From Gammaproteobacteria bacterium (GTDB lineage: Bacteria; Pseudomonadota; Gammaproteobacteria; Eutrophobiales; Eutrophobiaceae), in contig OZ245331.1 of assembly GCA_965226155.1 (NCBI GenBank), positions 1,338,605 to 1,402,604 on the forward strand: 64,000 nucleotides of DNA, written 5' to 3'. The translations under genes and the position numbers were made by a program. Below are positions 32,763 through 44,585 of the stretch, in pieces; the first letter of the stretch is position 1; each line of letters starts with the position of its first letter. Under the pieces are notes generated by a model. That model saw nothing but the letters and a program-made list of their open reading frames with translations, made no database searches and was not told the DNA's origin.

Positions 32763-34176
32763 GCGTAGCGACAGCATGATGACTAGAGTGCGGAATATCC
32801 ATTTTGTTGGGATAGGTGGTGCAGGGATGTGTGGGATAGCAGAGATTCTACATAACCTAGGTTACGAAATATCCGGCTCTGATATCACGGAAAGTAGTGT
32901 TACAAGGCACATGCTAACGCAGGGTATTGACGTCAAACTTGGCCATGATGCCGGGCTGATCAATGGCGCTGATGTAATCGTTGTATCCAGTGCTGTATCT
33001 GAGACTAACCCGGAAGTGATTGAAGCGCGCAAAAAGCGAATACCGGTAATTCCACGTGCTGAAATGCTGGCAGAAATAATGAGATTCCGTCTCGGTATAG
33101 CTGTAGCCGGAACCCATGGTAAAACTACCACAACTAGTCTGATTGCAAGTTTACTTGCCGAAGGAGGCTTAGATCCTACCTATGTAATTGGTGGGCAGCT
33201 AAACAGCATTGGGTCAAATGCAAAATTGGGTAGCGGAAAATATCTAGTCGCCGAAGCAGATGAAAGTGATGCATCATTCCTTCACCTGCAGCCAGTCATG
33301 GCTGTGCTGACAAATATTGATGCCGATCATCTTGATGCATACAAAGGTGATTACACTTTATTGGAAGAAGCTTTTTGTAATTTTTTATTACGCCTGCCAT
33401 TTTATGGAATGGCGTCGATATGTATCGACGACAATGGCGTCAGGGATATTGTAAAAGACATGACCAAACCGTTCATCACATACGGTATTGATCACCCGGC
33501 GGACTTCACTGCAAGTAATATCAAATATCAATATTCTCAATCTTCTTTCACTGTCTCTAGCCCGGAGCAGAAGGACTGGTTGGAAGTGAAACTGAACCTA
33601 CCTGGCAAGCATAATGTAATGAATGCACTAGGTGCGATTACAATTGCCGTTGAACTTGGTATTTCGAAAAGTGCGATTATCAAAGCAATGTCAGGATTTC
33701 AAGGCATAGGTAGGCGTTGTAATCTTCTTGGTGAAATCATAATTGATTCGAGAAAAGCTTTGCTCATTGATGATTATGCTCACCATCCGAGTGAAATTAA
33801 GTCAATTTTAAATGCAGTGCATACTGGATGGCCTGGTCGTCGTACTATTGTGGTTTTCCAGCCACATCGATTTACACGGACTAAGGATCTGTTTTCGGAC
33901 TTCTGCAATGTCCTTACCGATATTGAAGTTCTCATTCTATTGAACATCTACCCGGCGGGTGAAGATCCCATTCCCGGTATAGATAGCCAATCACTTTGCA
34001 AGGCGCTATCACAGGGGGATGAATCTGATCCAATTTTAATTGATGATCGGAAAGATATTTTTTCTGTGTTACCAGGCCTCGTTAATGACAACGATATTTT
34101 ACTCATTATTGGAGCTGGGGATATCGGCAATCTTGGTCCTGAGCTTGTTGCTAAATATGGTATGGCTGTTCATTGA
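32749..34176 (+). CDS. murC: UDP-N-acetylmuramate--L-alanine ligase
   Basis: 475 aa; IHFVGIGGAGM, P-loop GTHGKTTTTS. Confidence 0.95.
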   Translation: MSMLERSDSMMTRVRNIHFVGIGGAGMCGIAEILHNLGYEISGSDITESSVTRHMLTQGIDVKLGHDAGLINGADVIVVSSAVSETNPEVIEARKKRIPVIPRAEMLAEIMRFRLGIAVAGTHGKTTTTSLIASLLAEGGLDPTYVIGGQLNSIGSNAKLGSGKYLVAEADESDASFLHLQPVMAVLTNIDADHLDAYKGDYTLLEEAFCNFLLRLPFYGMASICIDDNGVRDIVKDMTKPFITYGIDHPADFTASNIKYQYSQSSFTVSSPEQKDWLEVKLNLPGKHNVMNALGAITIAVELGISKSAIIKAMSGFQGIGRRCNLLGEIIIDSRKALLIDDYAHHPSEIKSILNAVHTGWPGRRTIVVFQPHRFTRTKDLFSDFCNVLTDIEVLILLNIYPAGEDPIPGIDSQSLCKALSQGDESDPILIDDRKDIFSVLPGLVNDNDILLIIGAGDIGNLGPELVAKYGMAVH

Positions 34177-34185
34177 GAGATCTTA

Positions 34186-35133
34186 ATGATTTGTCAGCAA
34201 ATTCAAAAAGAGAGAATACTTAATACAGATATGATTGATTCGTTAGTTATAAACAATGTTCGAGGCGAATTAAAATATGACGAGCCAATGTCTAGGTATA
34301 CGTCTTGGCGTGTTGGTGGTCCAGCCGATCATTTTTTCAACCCTGCGGATGTTGATGACCTTAAAAATTTTTTACAGCTCGTCCCGGGAAATGAACCACT
34401 AGTATGGATAGGACTGGGGAGTAATTTACTGGTAAGAGACGGTGGTATACGTGGCACGGTGATCACACTCAAGAATATTGTCGCTAGCATAGAGTCTTTA
34501 TCTCCGGGTAGTTTTCGAATTGGAGCGGGTATCCCCTGCGCAAAAATTGCTAGGCATACCGCGAACGCTGGCTACACAGGAGCAGAATTCTTGGTTGGCA
34601 TACCGGGAACTTTTGGTGGTGCCTTAGCAATGAATGCCGGCGCATTTGGATTTGAGACATGGGATATCGTAAATCAAGTCCTAACAATCAATCATAAGGG
34701 AGAGGAAGCCATTCGCGTTAAGGACGACTTTCGCATCGGCTACCGAACAGTCGACCAGCCACATATAGAATGGTTCTTGTCAGCTGATATTCAGCTCGCA
34801 ACAGACGAGGATAACTTAGCTAATGAAACAATCCGCGAGCTTTTGGCAAAACGTAGCGAGACCCAGCCTATGGGGGAATCAAGCTGTGGTTCGGTTTTTA
34901 GGAACCCCGAAGTTGGAGATGTAGCGGCAAAGTTGATTGAATCATGTGGCCTCAAGTGTAAGCAGATAGGAAAAGCAATGGTTTCAGATAAGCATGCCAA
35001 TTTCATCATCAATAAAGGTGATGCAAGTGCGAAAAATATCGAGGATCTGATCCTACATGTTCAGCAAACAGTTTATGAGAGGACCACAATCAGGCTGGTC
35101 CCTGAAGTTTGTATACTCGGAGATCAGGATTGA
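34186..35133 (+). CDS. murB: UDP-N-acetylenolpyruvoylglucosamine reductase
   Basis: 315 aa; FAD-binding domain (SRYTSWRVGGPAD, IGLGSNLL); possibly starts at internal ATG 34231. Confidence 0.92.
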   Translation: MICQQIQKERILNTDMIDSLVINNVRGELKYDEPMSRYTSWRVGGPADHFFNPADVDDLKNFLQLVPGNEPLVWIGLGSNLLVRDGGIRGTVITLKNIVASIESLSPGSFRIGAGIPCAKIARHTANAGYTGAEFLVGIPGTFGGALAMNAGAFGFETWDIVNQVLTINHKGEEAIRVKDDFRIGYRTVDQPHIEWFLSADIQLATDEDNLANETIRELLAKRSETQPMGESSCGSVFRNPEVGDVAAKLIESCGLKCKQIGKAMVSDKHANFIINKGDASAKNIEDLILHVQQTVYERTTIRLVPEVCILGDQD

Positions 35134-36105
35134 ATGACTATGATCAGTAATTTCAAGAGTGATAACAGTACTTTTGATTTCGGCAAGGTGGCAGTTTTGA
35201 TGGGCGGAATTTCCGCAGAGCGTGAAATATCAATAATGTCAGGCAAAGCGGTTCATGCGGCATTGTGTCGTCGAGAGATAGACGCACATGTTTTTGATAC
35301 TAGAGATAATTCACTATTTCGACTAGTCGATGAATCGTTCAGTCGTGTGTTTATCGCGCTTCATGGTCGTGGAGGTGAGGATGGCGAGATTCAAGGAGCA
35401 TTACAATCACTAGGTATCCCATATACAGGAAGTGGTGTTCTTGGTTCCGCGCTGGCGATGGACAAGATACGAAGCAAACTGATATGGCGTTCCCTTGGGC
35501 TTATGACACCGGATTTTGTAGAGATAAATGAAAAAGACGATCTGGACAGGGTGTCACAACAGTTTAGTTTTCCGGTAATGGTTAAACCTACTCATGAAGG
35601 ATCAAGTTGCGGGATATCTATGGTGACCAAAGAAGAAGATCTATATCCGGCATGGGCAAAAGCTAATGCTTTAGATAGCAGCGTTTTAATCGAAGCATGG
35701 GTACAGGGTCCTGAATATTCTGCTCCAGTTCTAGGGAGTGATGTCTTACCTATAATCAGAATTGAAACCCCCCGGGAATTTTATGACTACCAAGCTAAAT
35801 ACCAGGATGATTCTACAAGATATATATACCCGTGTGGCCTGGAGGATGAGCAGGAGAGGGAGATTTCAAAATTAATACTAATGGCATTTGAATCAGTATG
35901 TGCGAGTGGTTGGGGAAGAGCTGATTTCATTATCGATAGTGAAGGGATCATCTGGTTATTCGATATTAATACCGTACCGGGAATGACTAGCCACAGCCTT
36001 GTCCCCATGTCTGCGGGGTATGTCGGTATCGAGTTTGACGATTTGGTTTTTAAAATCCTGGAAACCAGCATCACTCATGATGAAAGTATCCGGAAATCGG
36101 CCTAA
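35134..36105 (+). CDS. ddl: D-alanine--D-alanine ligase
   Basis: 323 aa; ATP-grasp, HGRGGEDGEIQG motif. Confidence 0.93.
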   Translation: MTMISNFKSDNSTFDFGKVAVLMGGISAEREISIMSGKAVHAALCRREIDAHVFDTRDNSLFRLVDESFSRVFIALHGRGGEDGEIQGALQSLGIPYTGSGVLGSALAMDKIRSKLIWRSLGLMTPDFVEINEKDDLDRVSQQFSFPVMVKPTHEGSSCGISMVTKEEDLYPAWAKANALDSSVLIEAWVQGPEYSAPVLGSDVLPIIRIETPREFYDYQAKYQDDSTRYIYPCGLEDEQEREISKLILMAFESVCASGWGRADFIIDSEGIIWLFDINTVPGMTSHSLVPMSAGYVGIEFDDLVFKILETSITHDESIRKSA

Positions 36106-36875
36106 TGAATACTCAAATTTTGAAATTTACTGATCAACACTCCTTTGAAGAGCCAGACAATGTGAGGAATCCACATTTTCTTATTGGGGCGATTTTTATT
36201 GTTTCGTTGCTGGCAGTTATATCTATTTCAGGTATCTGGCTAATGGACCCTCTAACCTTGCCCATTAGGCAGGTAAGTATAAATGGAAAATTTCAACACA
36301 TGTCTACTGTTAGTCTGGAACACAGGGCTGTTGAAGTCGTCAGCGGAGGTTTTTTAAATGTAAATGTTGACGAGATTCGGTCAGTTCTACTTGATGAACC
36401 CTGGGTGCACGAAGTCTCTGTGAAACGGGTTTGGCCCGATAGGCTATCGGTAAATATCCAAGAGCAAGTAGCTGTGGCCAGATGGGGTGATCAAGGTCTT
36501 TTAAACATGGGAGCTGGGATTTTCAAACCAGAACCTGACACGTATCCAGAAAGTCTGCCATTGATTAGCGGTCCGTTTGATTCTCACAAAGGGGTGCTAG
36601 CGACATATCAGCAACTTCAACAAATATTACCTAAAGGACTAATGATAGCCGAGTTGAGTCTTAGTGATAGACGATCATGGGAGGTCAAATTGAATAACGG
36701 TTATTTAATTAGGTTAGGTAAACATGACATTGAAAGACGGCTCGAGAGATTTATAAGGTATTTCCCAGGTGTAACACAAAACTTAGTAGAACGGATTCAA
36801 TATATAGATTTACGGTATACAAATGGTTTCTCGATTAGCTGGATAACAGACAGTGATAAGGATTCTGAAATATGA
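36105..36875 (+). CDS. ftsQ: cell division protein FtsQ
   Basis: 256 aa; single TM, POTRA plus beta domain; between ddl and ftsA. Confidence 0.88.
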   Translation: MNTQILKFTDQHSFEEPDNVRNPHFLIGAIFIVSLLAVISISGIWLMDPLTLPIRQVSINGKFQHMSTVSLEHRAVEVVSGGFLNVNVDEIRSVLLDEPWVHEVSVKRVWPDRLSVNIQEQVAVARWGDQGLLNMGAGIFKPEPDTYPESLPLISGPFDSHKGVLATYQQLQQILPKGLMIAELSLSDRRSWEVKLNNGYLIRLGKHDIERRLERFIRYFPGVTQNLVERIQYIDLRYTNGFSISWITDSDKDSEI

Positions 36876-38110
36876 TGAGTAAAAAAACAGATAAAAATCT
36901 GATAGTGGGACTTGATATAGGTACATCCAAGGTTGTAGCAATTGTCGGAGAGATATCGCCGTCAGACGAGATAGAAATAATCGGAATTGGATCATGCCGC
37001 TCAAGGGGTTTGAAAAAGGGTGTGGTTGTTAATATCGAATCGACAGTTCATTCGATCCAACGGGCTATTGAAGAAGCGGAGTTGATGTCAGGTTGTGAAA
37101 TACATTCTGTTTATACTGGAATTGCCGGGAGCCATATCCGTAGCTTGAATTCACATGGAATAGTAGCAATTCGAGATAATGAAGTATCTCTTAGCGATGT
37201 TGATCGTGTAATCGATGCCGCACGGGCTGTCGCCATCCCAGCAGATCAAAAAATGCTACACATTATGCCGCAGGAATTTGTCATTGATAGCCAGGAAGGT
37301 ATCAAAGAACCGGTAGGCATGTCAGGTGTACGGCTTGAAGCAAAGGTACACATGGTAACTGGTGCGGTTAGTGCGGCTCAAAATATTGTCAAGTGTGTTC
37401 GAAGGTGTGGCTTAGATGTTGACGATATTATTCTTGAACAACTTGCTTCTAGTTATGCAGTTTTAACTGATGATGAAAAGGACCTGGGAGTGTGCCTAGT
37501 AGATATAGGAGGGGGCACGACAGATATTGCGATTTTTACCGATGGATCGATTCACCATACCGCAGTAATACCGATTGCCGGTGATCAGGTCACAAACGAT
37601 ATTGCTGTGGCCTTGAGGACGCCGACACAACATGCGGAAGATATAAAAGTCAGATACGCATGTGCTCTGACACAATTGGCTAATCCAGACGAAACAATAG
37701 AAGTCCCAAGTGTTGGAGATCGTCCCGCTCGCCAATTGGCACGACAAACATTGGCTGAAGTAGTTGAACCTCGTTATGAAGAGTTATTTACCCTGGTAAA
37801 AGCTGAATTACAGCGTAGTGGTTATGAGGATTTAATTGCTGCCGGCATTGTTCTAACTGGAGGCAGTTCAAAGATGGAAGGCGCAATTGAATTAGCCGAA
37901 GAAATATTTCATATGCCGGTCAGGGTAGGGGTGCCCCAATATGTGGGTGGTTTATCCGATGTCGTAAAAAACCCAATTTATTCTACTGGTGTAGGCATGC
38001 TGTTATTTGGGCGGCGTCAAATAAGTGAAGCAATTACAGGCATGCAAACCAAAACGGGTTTACGTGGGGTATTCGAAAGAATGAAAAGTTGGTTTCATGG
38101 TAATTTTTAA
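36872..38110 (+). CDS. ftsA: cell division protein FtsA
   Basis: 412 aa actin-like ATPase (GLDIGTSKV, DIGGGTTD). Confidence 0.95.
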   Translation: MMSKKTDKNLIVGLDIGTSKVVAIVGEISPSDEIEIIGIGSCRSRGLKKGVVVNIESTVHSIQRAIEEAELMSGCEIHSVYTGIAGSHIRSLNSHGIVAIRDNEVSLSDVDRVIDAARAVAIPADQKMLHIMPQEFVIDSQEGIKEPVGMSGVRLEAKVHMVTGAVSAAQNIVKCVRRCGLDVDDIILEQLASSYAVLTDDEKDLGVCLVDIGGGTTDIAIFTDGSIHHTAVIPIAGDQVTNDIAVALRTPTQHAEDIKVRYACALTQLANPDETIEVPSVGDRPARQLARQTLAEVVEPRYEELFTLVKAELQRSGYEDLIAAGIVLTGGSSKMEGAIELAEEIFHMPVRVGVPQYVGGLSDVVKNPIYSTGVGMLLFGRRQISEAITGMQTKTGLRGVFERMKSWFHGNF

Positions 38111-38142
38111 TTTTGATTATTAATATCTAGGAGGGTAAATAT

Positions 38143-39276
38143 ATGTTTGAACTAGTCGATGCTGCGAATCAAACAGCGGTTATTAAAGTAATAGGGGTGG
38201 GCGGTGGCGGAGGGAATGCTGTTGAACATATGCTTCAGGCAAATATTGATGGAGTAGATTTTATTTGTGCCAACACTGATGCCCAAGCACTAAAAAAATC
38301 AACTGTAAAAACCATCTTGCAACTTGGGAGTAATGTTACAAAAGGTCTCGGAGCAGGTTCTGATCATGATGTCGGTCGGCAATCAGCGTTGGAAGATCGA
38401 GATAGGATCATGGATGTGCTGGAAGGCGCTGACATGGTTTTTATTACAGCGGGTATGGGCGGAGGTACAGGTACTGGTGCAGGCCCGGTAGTGGCCCAAG
38501 TGGCAAAGGAAATGGGGATACTTACCGTTGCAGTAGTCACTAGACCGTTTGCATTCGAGGGGAAGAAACGTGCTTCTGTTGCTGAAAATGGCATTACAGA
38601 ACTGAGTCAGTTTGTAGATTCATTGATCACTATCCCCAACGAAAAGCTGATGAGTGTTCTTGGACGAGATGTTAGTTTGCTGAACGCTTTTGCTGCAGCA
38701 AATGATGTGCTGCTTGGTGCAGTACAAGGTATAGCCCAGCTAATTACTTGTCCTGGTCTGATAAATGTTGATTTTGCAGATGTTCGTACAGTTATGTCTG
38801 AAATGGGTATGGCAATGATGGGATCTGGCAAGGCTCAAGGTGAAGATAGGGCAAAAGTTGCTGCAGAAGCTGCAATATCGAGTCCGCTTCTTGAAGATAT
38901 TAATCTGTCTGGTGCTAAAGGTATCCTTGTCAATATTACTGCTGGCTTGGATTTTTCAATCGGTGAATTCGACACTGTTGGTGTTACAGTAAAACAATTT
39001 GCTTCTGAAAATGCCACGGTCGTTGTAGGTACAGTAATTGATCCTGAACTTAGTGGTGAACTCAGGGTTACTATAGTCGCTACTGGTCTAGGCTATTCTC
39101 CGAGTGAAAGTCTGTCCAGGATCAAACTAGTAGAGGATGCCAGTGCTAGGCAGGACTATAAGGAATTCGATCGCCCAACAGTAATACGCAAACAGACTGA
39201 TACTGGCCCTGATAAATTGCCTCAAGACTCTGATTATCTGGATATTCCAGCGTTTTTACGTCGTCAGGCCGATTAG
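38143..39276 (+). CDS. ftsZ: cell division GTPase FtsZ
   Basis: 377 aa; tubulin signature [13 protein letters not shown]; C-terminal conserved peptide DIPAFLRRQ. Confidence 0.97.
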   Translation: MFELVDAANQTAVIKVIGVGGGGGNAVEHMLQANIDGVDFICANTDAQALKKSTVKTILQLGSNVTKGLGAGSDHDVGRQSALEDRDRIMDVLEGADMVFITAGMGGGTGTGAGPVVAQVAKEMGILTVAVVTRPFAFEGKKRASVAENGITELSQFVDSLITIPNEKLMSVLGRDVSLLNAFAAANDVLLGAVQGIAQLITCPGLINVDFADVRTVMSEMGMAMMGSGKAQGEDRAKVAAEAAISSPLLEDINLSGAKGILVNITAGLDFSIGEFDTVGVTVKQFASENATVVVGTVIDPELSGELRVTIVATGLGYSPSESLSRIKLVEDASARQDYKEFDRPTVIRKQTDTGPDKLPQDSDYLDIPAFLRRQAD

Positions 39277-39403
39277 TTATAAATTAGGATTTGTGACGGA
39301 GGACATTGAATGGTAGTCTGACCCTAAAACAAAGCCAAAATTCGCCCGTAAAACAGTATCTTGAGAGAACATCGGGCAGGCATGTCTAAGGGGAAAACTA
39401 TCA

Positions 39404-40315
39404 GTGATCAAACAAAGAACGCTAAAAAATGTTATACGGGCAACTGGGGTCGGTCTGCATACAGGGAAAAAGGTTTACCTGACTCTACGTCCTGCACCGA
39501 TTAATAAGGGAATTGTATTTAGACGGGTAGATTTAGATCCGGTAATTGAAATTCACGCAAAACCCGAAAATGTCGGTGATACCCAGCTTTCTACTACGTT
39601 AGTTAAAGACGATGCCCGAATATCAACTGTCGAACATCTTTTGTCTGCATTAGCCGGATTCGGTATTGATAATGCATTTATTGATCTGAGCGCTGATGAA
39701 GTTCCTATTATGGACGGTAGTGCTGGACCTTTTGTTTTTCTTATTCAATCATCAGGTGTTGTCGAACAGAATGACTCTAAGCAATTTATTAAAATAAAGA
39801 AATCTATCTGCGTTGAAGATGGAGTCAAATGGGCAAAGTTCGAGCCATTCGATGGTTTCAAAGTCGGTTTTACTATTCAATTTAGTCATCCCGCATTTAA
39901 TAAAAAAAATTGTGTTGCTGAAATTGATTTCTCAACGACTTCATTCGTTAAGGAAGTGAGCAGAGCGCGAACTTTTGGGTTCATGCGTGATGTTGAATTA
40001 CTGCGTCAGAACAACCTAGTTTTGGGAGGGAGTCTGGATAATGCGGTTGTGGTTGATGACTACAGGGTATTGAATGAAGATGGTCTTCGCTATGAAGATG
40101 AGTGTGTAAAGCACAAGATTCTAGACGCCATAGGGGATTTATATCTGCTTGGGCACAGTTTAATTGGTTCATTCAATGCTTATATGTCAGGGCATGAGTT
40201 GAATAACGCGCTCTTGCGAGAACTAACATTGACTGAAGATGCTTGGGAACTTATCAGTTTTGAAGATGAAGTAGATTTGCCAATTTCTTTCATGCAGCCA
40301 GTAGCTGCTACTTAA
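39404..40315 (+). CDS. lpxC: UDP-3-O-acyl-GlcNAc deacetylase
   Basis: 303 aa; MIKQRTLKN.. N-term and HTGKKV, HELNN regions typical of LpxC. Confidence 0.95.
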   Translation: MIKQRTLKNVIRATGVGLHTGKKVYLTLRPAPINKGIVFRRVDLDPVIEIHAKPENVGDTQLSTTLVKDDARISTVEHLLSALAGFGIDNAFIDLSADEVPIMDGSAGPFVFLIQSSGVVEQNDSKQFIKIKKSICVEDGVKWAKFEPFDGFKVGFTIQFSHPAFNKKNCVAEIDFSTTSFVKEVSRARTFGFMRDVELLRQNNLVLGGSLDNAVVVDDYRVLNEDGLRYEDECVKHKILDAIGDLYLLGHSLIGSFNAYMSGHELNNALLRELTLTEDAWELISFEDEVDLPISFMQPVAAT

Positions 40316-40333
40316 AAGTAAAGAGAGATGAGC

Positions 40334-40783
40334 TTATCTATGCTCTGATAACCGAAGTAAGGATACTCGTAGCTCAGCGTCGTTGATATTTTCTGCTACT
40401 GTCCGAAGTAGGTCAGCTGTAGAGCTTGAAATTGAAATGTTGTCACCTTGTTTTGTCTGGTGTTCATTTAGAGGCGTTACTTTAATGCGAACTGTTTGCA
40501 AATTCTTCAAGTCTGGCCAAGTTCGTGCAAAAGTTAGAATATCAGCTGATTGAAATCGTAGTCTTGCAGCCCATGCGGGACTATCGGTTAATACAACAAG
40601 ACAATCGTGATTAAAGTTTGCTACAGATAAATGCTTATTTAAAGGGCTTCCAAGTTTCTTTCGAATGGCATTCTGTAGCTGAATAATGGCAAGTGAATGA
40701 TTATATATACGGGTAAGGACATTATTGCCGGTGAGTGCAATATTCCCGATTGGCTCATATTTTTGAGACGACTTAATTGGCAT
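40334..40783 (-). CDS. DUF721-domain protein (DciA-like putative replicative-helicase loader)
   Basis: 149 aa; position between lpxC and secA is where DUF721/DciA sits in Pseudomonas-type genomes; assignment by context and size, sequence similarity not verifiable here. Confidence 0.55.
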   Translation of the reverse strand: MPIKSSQKYEPIGNIALTGNNVLTRIYNHSLAIIQLQNAIRKKLGSPLNKHLSVANFNHDCLVVLTDSPAWAARLRFQSADILTFARTWPDLKNLQTVRIKVTPLNEHQTKQGDNISISSSTADLLRTVAENINDAELRVSLLRLSEHR

Positions 40784-40807
40784 TAGATGATTGTAGAATA
40801 AGAGTTA

Positions 40808-41740
40808 ATGAATATTATATTAATATCAAATGCACGTAAACGCAGCATTAATATCAGTTTCAGACTTCTGACTGTACCTCTGATATTTGTATGTGTCGTT
40901 TTCCTTGGTTCAGTTGTTTTCTACTCAGGCTATCTTTATTCACAGAGCAAAACTGCAGAACTATTATTTTCGATCCGCAATCAGACTTCATCCGTTTGGG
41001 ACACTGATATTAGTCAACAAAAGGAATCTCTTTCACAATTGAGAAGGAATACTGAAAAATCACTTGATGCAATCTCCAGCAGATTGAGTTTGTTACAAAG
41101 TTTTGTTATGCGGTTGGATGCACTGGGTTCCCGTCTTGCAGTGATGGCTGACTTTGAGGACATCGAGTTTGGTATTGACAATCCACCAGGTCTCGGTGGA
41201 CCCGCACCCGAAATGGCTGAAAGTAATCCATCTATTACCAATTTGTTTAGAACATTTGATGAGTTGGAATTCAAGTTGGTGGACCGCTCAGAAAAACTGG
41301 CAGCAATGGAGTCTATGCTGATTAATCGTACATTACAGGAGCAAACTTCTCCTGGAGGGAATCCTTCCTTGGGCGGATATTTGTCATCTAAATTTGGTTA
41401 TCGGACTGATCCTATGACCGGTAAAGAAGAATTCCACGAGGGACTTGATTTTTCAGGAAAAGATGAAACTTCAATTGTTGCTGTAGCAGCCGGGATCGTA
41501 ACATGGTCTGGGCTCCGATATGGTTATGGGAACCTGGTGGAGATCAATCACGGTAATGGTTATTTGACTAGGTACGCACACAATAGTAAAAACTTGGTCG
41601 AGATCGGTGAAAAAATTAAAAAAGGTGAAGTCATAGCATTGATGGGTAGTTCGGGTCGGAGTACCGGAACGCACGTCCATTTCGAAGTAATTCTCAACGG
41701 CAGACATGTCAATCCAAGAAAATATCTAGCCCTGAAGTAA
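40808..41740 (+). CDS. M23-family metallopeptidase with N-terminal TM and coiled-coil region
   Basis: 310 aa; C-terminal LytM/M23 domain (HEGLDFSG.., HVHFEV). Confidence 0.85.
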   Translation: MNIILISNARKRSINISFRLLTVPLIFVCVVFLGSVVFYSGYLYSQSKTAELLFSIRNQTSSVWDTDISQQKESLSQLRRNTEKSLDAISSRLSLLQSFVMRLDALGSRLAVMADFEDIEFGIDNPPGLGGPAPEMAESNPSITNLFRTFDELEFKLVDRSEKLAAMESMLINRTLQEQTSPGGNPSLGGYLSSKFGYRTDPMTGKEEFHEGLDFSGKDETSIVAVAAGIVTWSGLRYGYGNLVEINHGNGYLTRYAHNSKNLVEIGEKIKKGEVIALMGSSGRSTGTHVHFEVILNGRHVNPRKYLALK

Positions 41741-41839
41741 ATTCATTCCCCTTTCTTGAAAGTTTTCGTTTAAGATTTACGCTTTAGTTCGACTAAGCAT
41801 TGGTGTATTTCACGAATTTTCAATTATTACGTCAATATT

Positions 41840-44542
41840 ATGTTTAAAAAAATTGTTACCAAAATATTTGGCAGTCGTAATGAAAGAGTCCTCCGTCAAA
41901 TGGGTAGGGCTGTATCTCTCGTCAATGATCTAGAAGAGCAGATTTCGGCTTTACCTGCGCAAGCCTTTAAGGAAAAAACAAATGAGCTTAGAGTCAGATT
42001 TAACCAAGGCGAGACTTTGGAGGAATTATTACCCGAAGCTTTTGCACTTGTTCGGGAATCAGGTAAACGAACACTGGGATTGCGACTTTTCGATGTTCAG
42101 ATAATTGGTGGAATGGTTTTGCATGAAGGCAAGATCGCTGAAATGCGCACTGGTGAAGGAAAAACATTGGTAGCTACTCTTCCGGCATACCTGAATGCAC
42201 TGTCTGGCAAAAGTGTCCATATTATTACCGTTAATGATTATCTTGCGAAAAGAGACGCCGATTGGATGGGTAGTATCTATTCATATCTTGGAATGAAGAC
42301 AGGTGTGATTGTATCAGATTTATCTAATTTGGAACGTAAAGAGGCATATAGTTCAGATATTGTCTACGGAACTAACAATGAATTCGGATTTGACTACTTA
42401 CGAGATAACATGAAGTTCCAGAAACAGGAGCAAGCACAAGGTGAATTGAATTATGCAATTGTTGACGAGGTTGATTCTATACTGATAGATGAGGCTAGAA
42501 CACCTTTAATTATATCTGGAATGGTGGATGATAGGCCGGATTTATATATCCAAATTAACAAAATAATTCCTCGTCTAAAGTTGTCAAAGTCTGAAACAGA
42601 TCCGACCGGAGACTATACTATTGATGAAAAATCAAAACAGGCTTATTTGACAGAAGAAGGAAACGATAATGTTGAGAAAATTCTGATCGAAAGCGGGATA
42701 ATTAAACAAGACCAGAGTTTATATGATCCCGTTAATATACCTGTCATACATCATTTGAATTCAGCTTTACGTGCCTATGCTCTTTTCCATAAAGATGTCG
42801 ACTATATCGTCAAAGATAATGGTGTTGTTATTGTAGATGAATTTACCGGTCGTACGATGCCAGGTCGCCGGTGGTCGGATGGATTACACCAGGCAATCGA
42901 GGCCAAGGAGGGAGTAACGATCCAAAATGAAAACCAGACGCTTGCGACGATTACGTACCAAAATTATTTTAGACAATATAATAAACTCGCAGGTATGACC
43001 GGGACTGCTGATACTGAGGCATTTGAATTTCAGCAGATATACGGATTAGAAGTAGTTGTAATTCCTACACATAATAAAATGATCCGAGAGGATCAGGCTG
43101 ATGTTATATTTTTAACAGCTAATAATAAATTTGAAGCCATTGTAGAAGACATTAAAGATTCAGTCAGTAAAGGGCAGCCAGTCCTTGTAGGTACAGTATC
43201 AATAGAAGTTTCTGAACATCTATCAGAGTTTCTTAAAAAAGAAAAGATACAACACAAGGTCCTAAATGCAAAATATCATGAAAAGGAAGCAGAGATCATC
43301 ATGCAAGCAGGGACTACCGGCCAAGTTACCATTGCAACGAACATGGCAGGTAGAGGAACTGATATCGTCCTTGGTGGAAATTACGTAGCCCAGATCAAGC
43401 TTATGGGTAATCCTAGTGATGAGGAGGTAGCTCGCTTAAAAAACGAATGGTCACAACTCCATTACAGCGTTATTCAAAGTGGCGGGTTACGAATAATCGG
43501 TACGGAAAGACATGAATCGAGACGAATAGATAATCAGTTAAGAGGTCGATCAGGTCGGCAGGGGGATCCTGGATCAAGCAGATTTTACTTATCGTTAGAG
43601 GACAATTTGATGCGAATATTCGCGTCAGAACGTGTTGCAGCAATTATGCAGAAGTTAGGAATGCAAGAAGGTGAAGCAATAGAGTCAAATCTAGTAAGTA
43701 AGGCGATTGAAAATGCTCAACGAAAAGTGGAGGCACATAATTTTGATATTCGTAAGCATTTGCTGGAATACGACGATGTTGCCAATGATCAGAGAAAAGT
43801 CATATATACATGGCGAAATGAATTACTAGATTTCGATGATATATCCGATGATATTAAAGGTATACGGGAAGATATTGTCGACAATATGCTTGATATAAAT
43901 ATACCACCCGAAAGCTTGGATGATTTGTGGGATATCAAAGGTTTGACAGATAGCATTGAACATCAGTTCGCCATGAAGTTGGATATTCAAAAATGGATGG
44001 GTGAAGATGCAAATATTAGTGAAGAAGCGTTAAAACAAAAAATAAGGGATGCGATTGAAGAATTTATCAGTTTGCGCGAGAAAGAGGTTACCGTTGAACT
44101 GATGCGCAGAATTGAAAAAGATCTATTACTTGATGTGCTTGATAGGCACTGGAAGGAGCATATTGTTGCAATGGATCACCTTAGACAGGGGATAGGCCTT
44201 AGGGGTTATGCTGCAAAAAACCCGAAACAGGAATATAAACGCGAAGCATTCGGCATGTTTAGCGAAATGCTAGATAATATCAAGAAAGATATAATTGAAA
44301 TTTTGTCGAAGATACATATTAGAACTGATTCGGACGTTCAAACTGTAGAAAGAAAAGAGCAGCCAAATAAAATACAATATAGTCACCCCAGTGCGCCTAA
44401 TGCATTATCCAACGACGATGCAAAAAGTGAACAAAAGCCTAATACTCCATTTGTACGAGGTCAGAAAAAAGTCGGCAGAAATGAACCGTGTCCATGTGGT
44501 TCAGGAAAGAAATATAAACAATGCCATGGAAAGTTAAATTGA
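41840..44542 (+). CDS. secA: preprotein translocase ATPase SecA
   Basis: 900 aa; DEAD-motor Walker A GEGKT, C-terminal zinc finger [14 protein letters not shown]. Confidence 0.97.
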   Translation: MFKKIVTKIFGSRNERVLRQMGRAVSLVNDLEEQISALPAQAFKEKTNELRVRFNQGETLEELLPEAFALVRESGKRTLGLRLFDVQIIGGMVLHEGKIAEMRTGEGKTLVATLPAYLNALSGKSVHIITVNDYLAKRDADWMGSIYSYLGMKTGVIVSDLSNLERKEAYSSDIVYGTNNEFGFDYLRDNMKFQKQEQAQGELNYAIVDEVDSILIDEARTPLIISGMVDDRPDLYIQINKIIPRLKLSKSETDPTGDYTIDEKSKQAYLTEEGNDNVEKILIESGIIKQDQSLYDPVNIPVIHHLNSALRAYALFHKDVDYIVKDNGVVIVDEFTGRTMPGRRWSDGLHQAIEAKEGVTIQNENQTLATITYQNYFRQYNKLAGMTGTADTEAFEFQQIYGLEVVVIPTHNKMIREDQADVIFLTANNKFEAIVEDIKDSVSKGQPVLVGTVSIEVSEHLSEFLKKEKIQHKVLNAKYHEKEAEIIMQAGTTGQVTIATNMAGRGTDIVLGGNYVAQIKLMGNPSDEEVARLKNEWSQLHYSVIQSGGLRIIGTERHESRRIDNQLRGRSGRQGDPGSSRFYLSLEDNLMRIFASERVAAIMQKLGMQEGEAIESNLVSKAIENAQRKVEAHNFDIRKHLLEYDDVANDQRKVIYTWRNELLDFDDISDDIKGIREDIVDNMLDINIPPESLDDLWDIKGLTDSIEHQFAMKLDIQKWMGEDANISEEALKQKIRDAIEEFISLREKEVTVELMRRIEKDLLLDVLDRHWKEHIVAMDHLRQGIGLRGYAAKNPKQEYKREAFGMFSEMLDNIKKDIIEILSKIHIRTDSDVQTVERKEQPNKIQYSHPSAPNALSNDDAKSEQKPNTPFVRGQKKVGRNEPCPCGSGKKYKQCHGKLN

Positions 44543-44563
44543 TATCAGTCTATATTAGGACGC

Positions 44564-44585
44564 GGATTCAACTTTGAAGTGCAAC
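44564..44585. repeat. IS30 element terminal inverted repeat (left)
   Basis: GGATTCAACTTTGAAGTGCAAC, matches the reverse complement of 45604..45627 at about 19/22 positions. Confidence 0.7.

Noticed and set aside
41741-41839. Looked for a secM-like leader ORF upstream of secA
   Set aside because: Only about 100 bp separate the M23 peptidase gene from secA and there is no arrest-peptide-like ORF. This is consistent with non-enterobacterial genomes, which lack secM.
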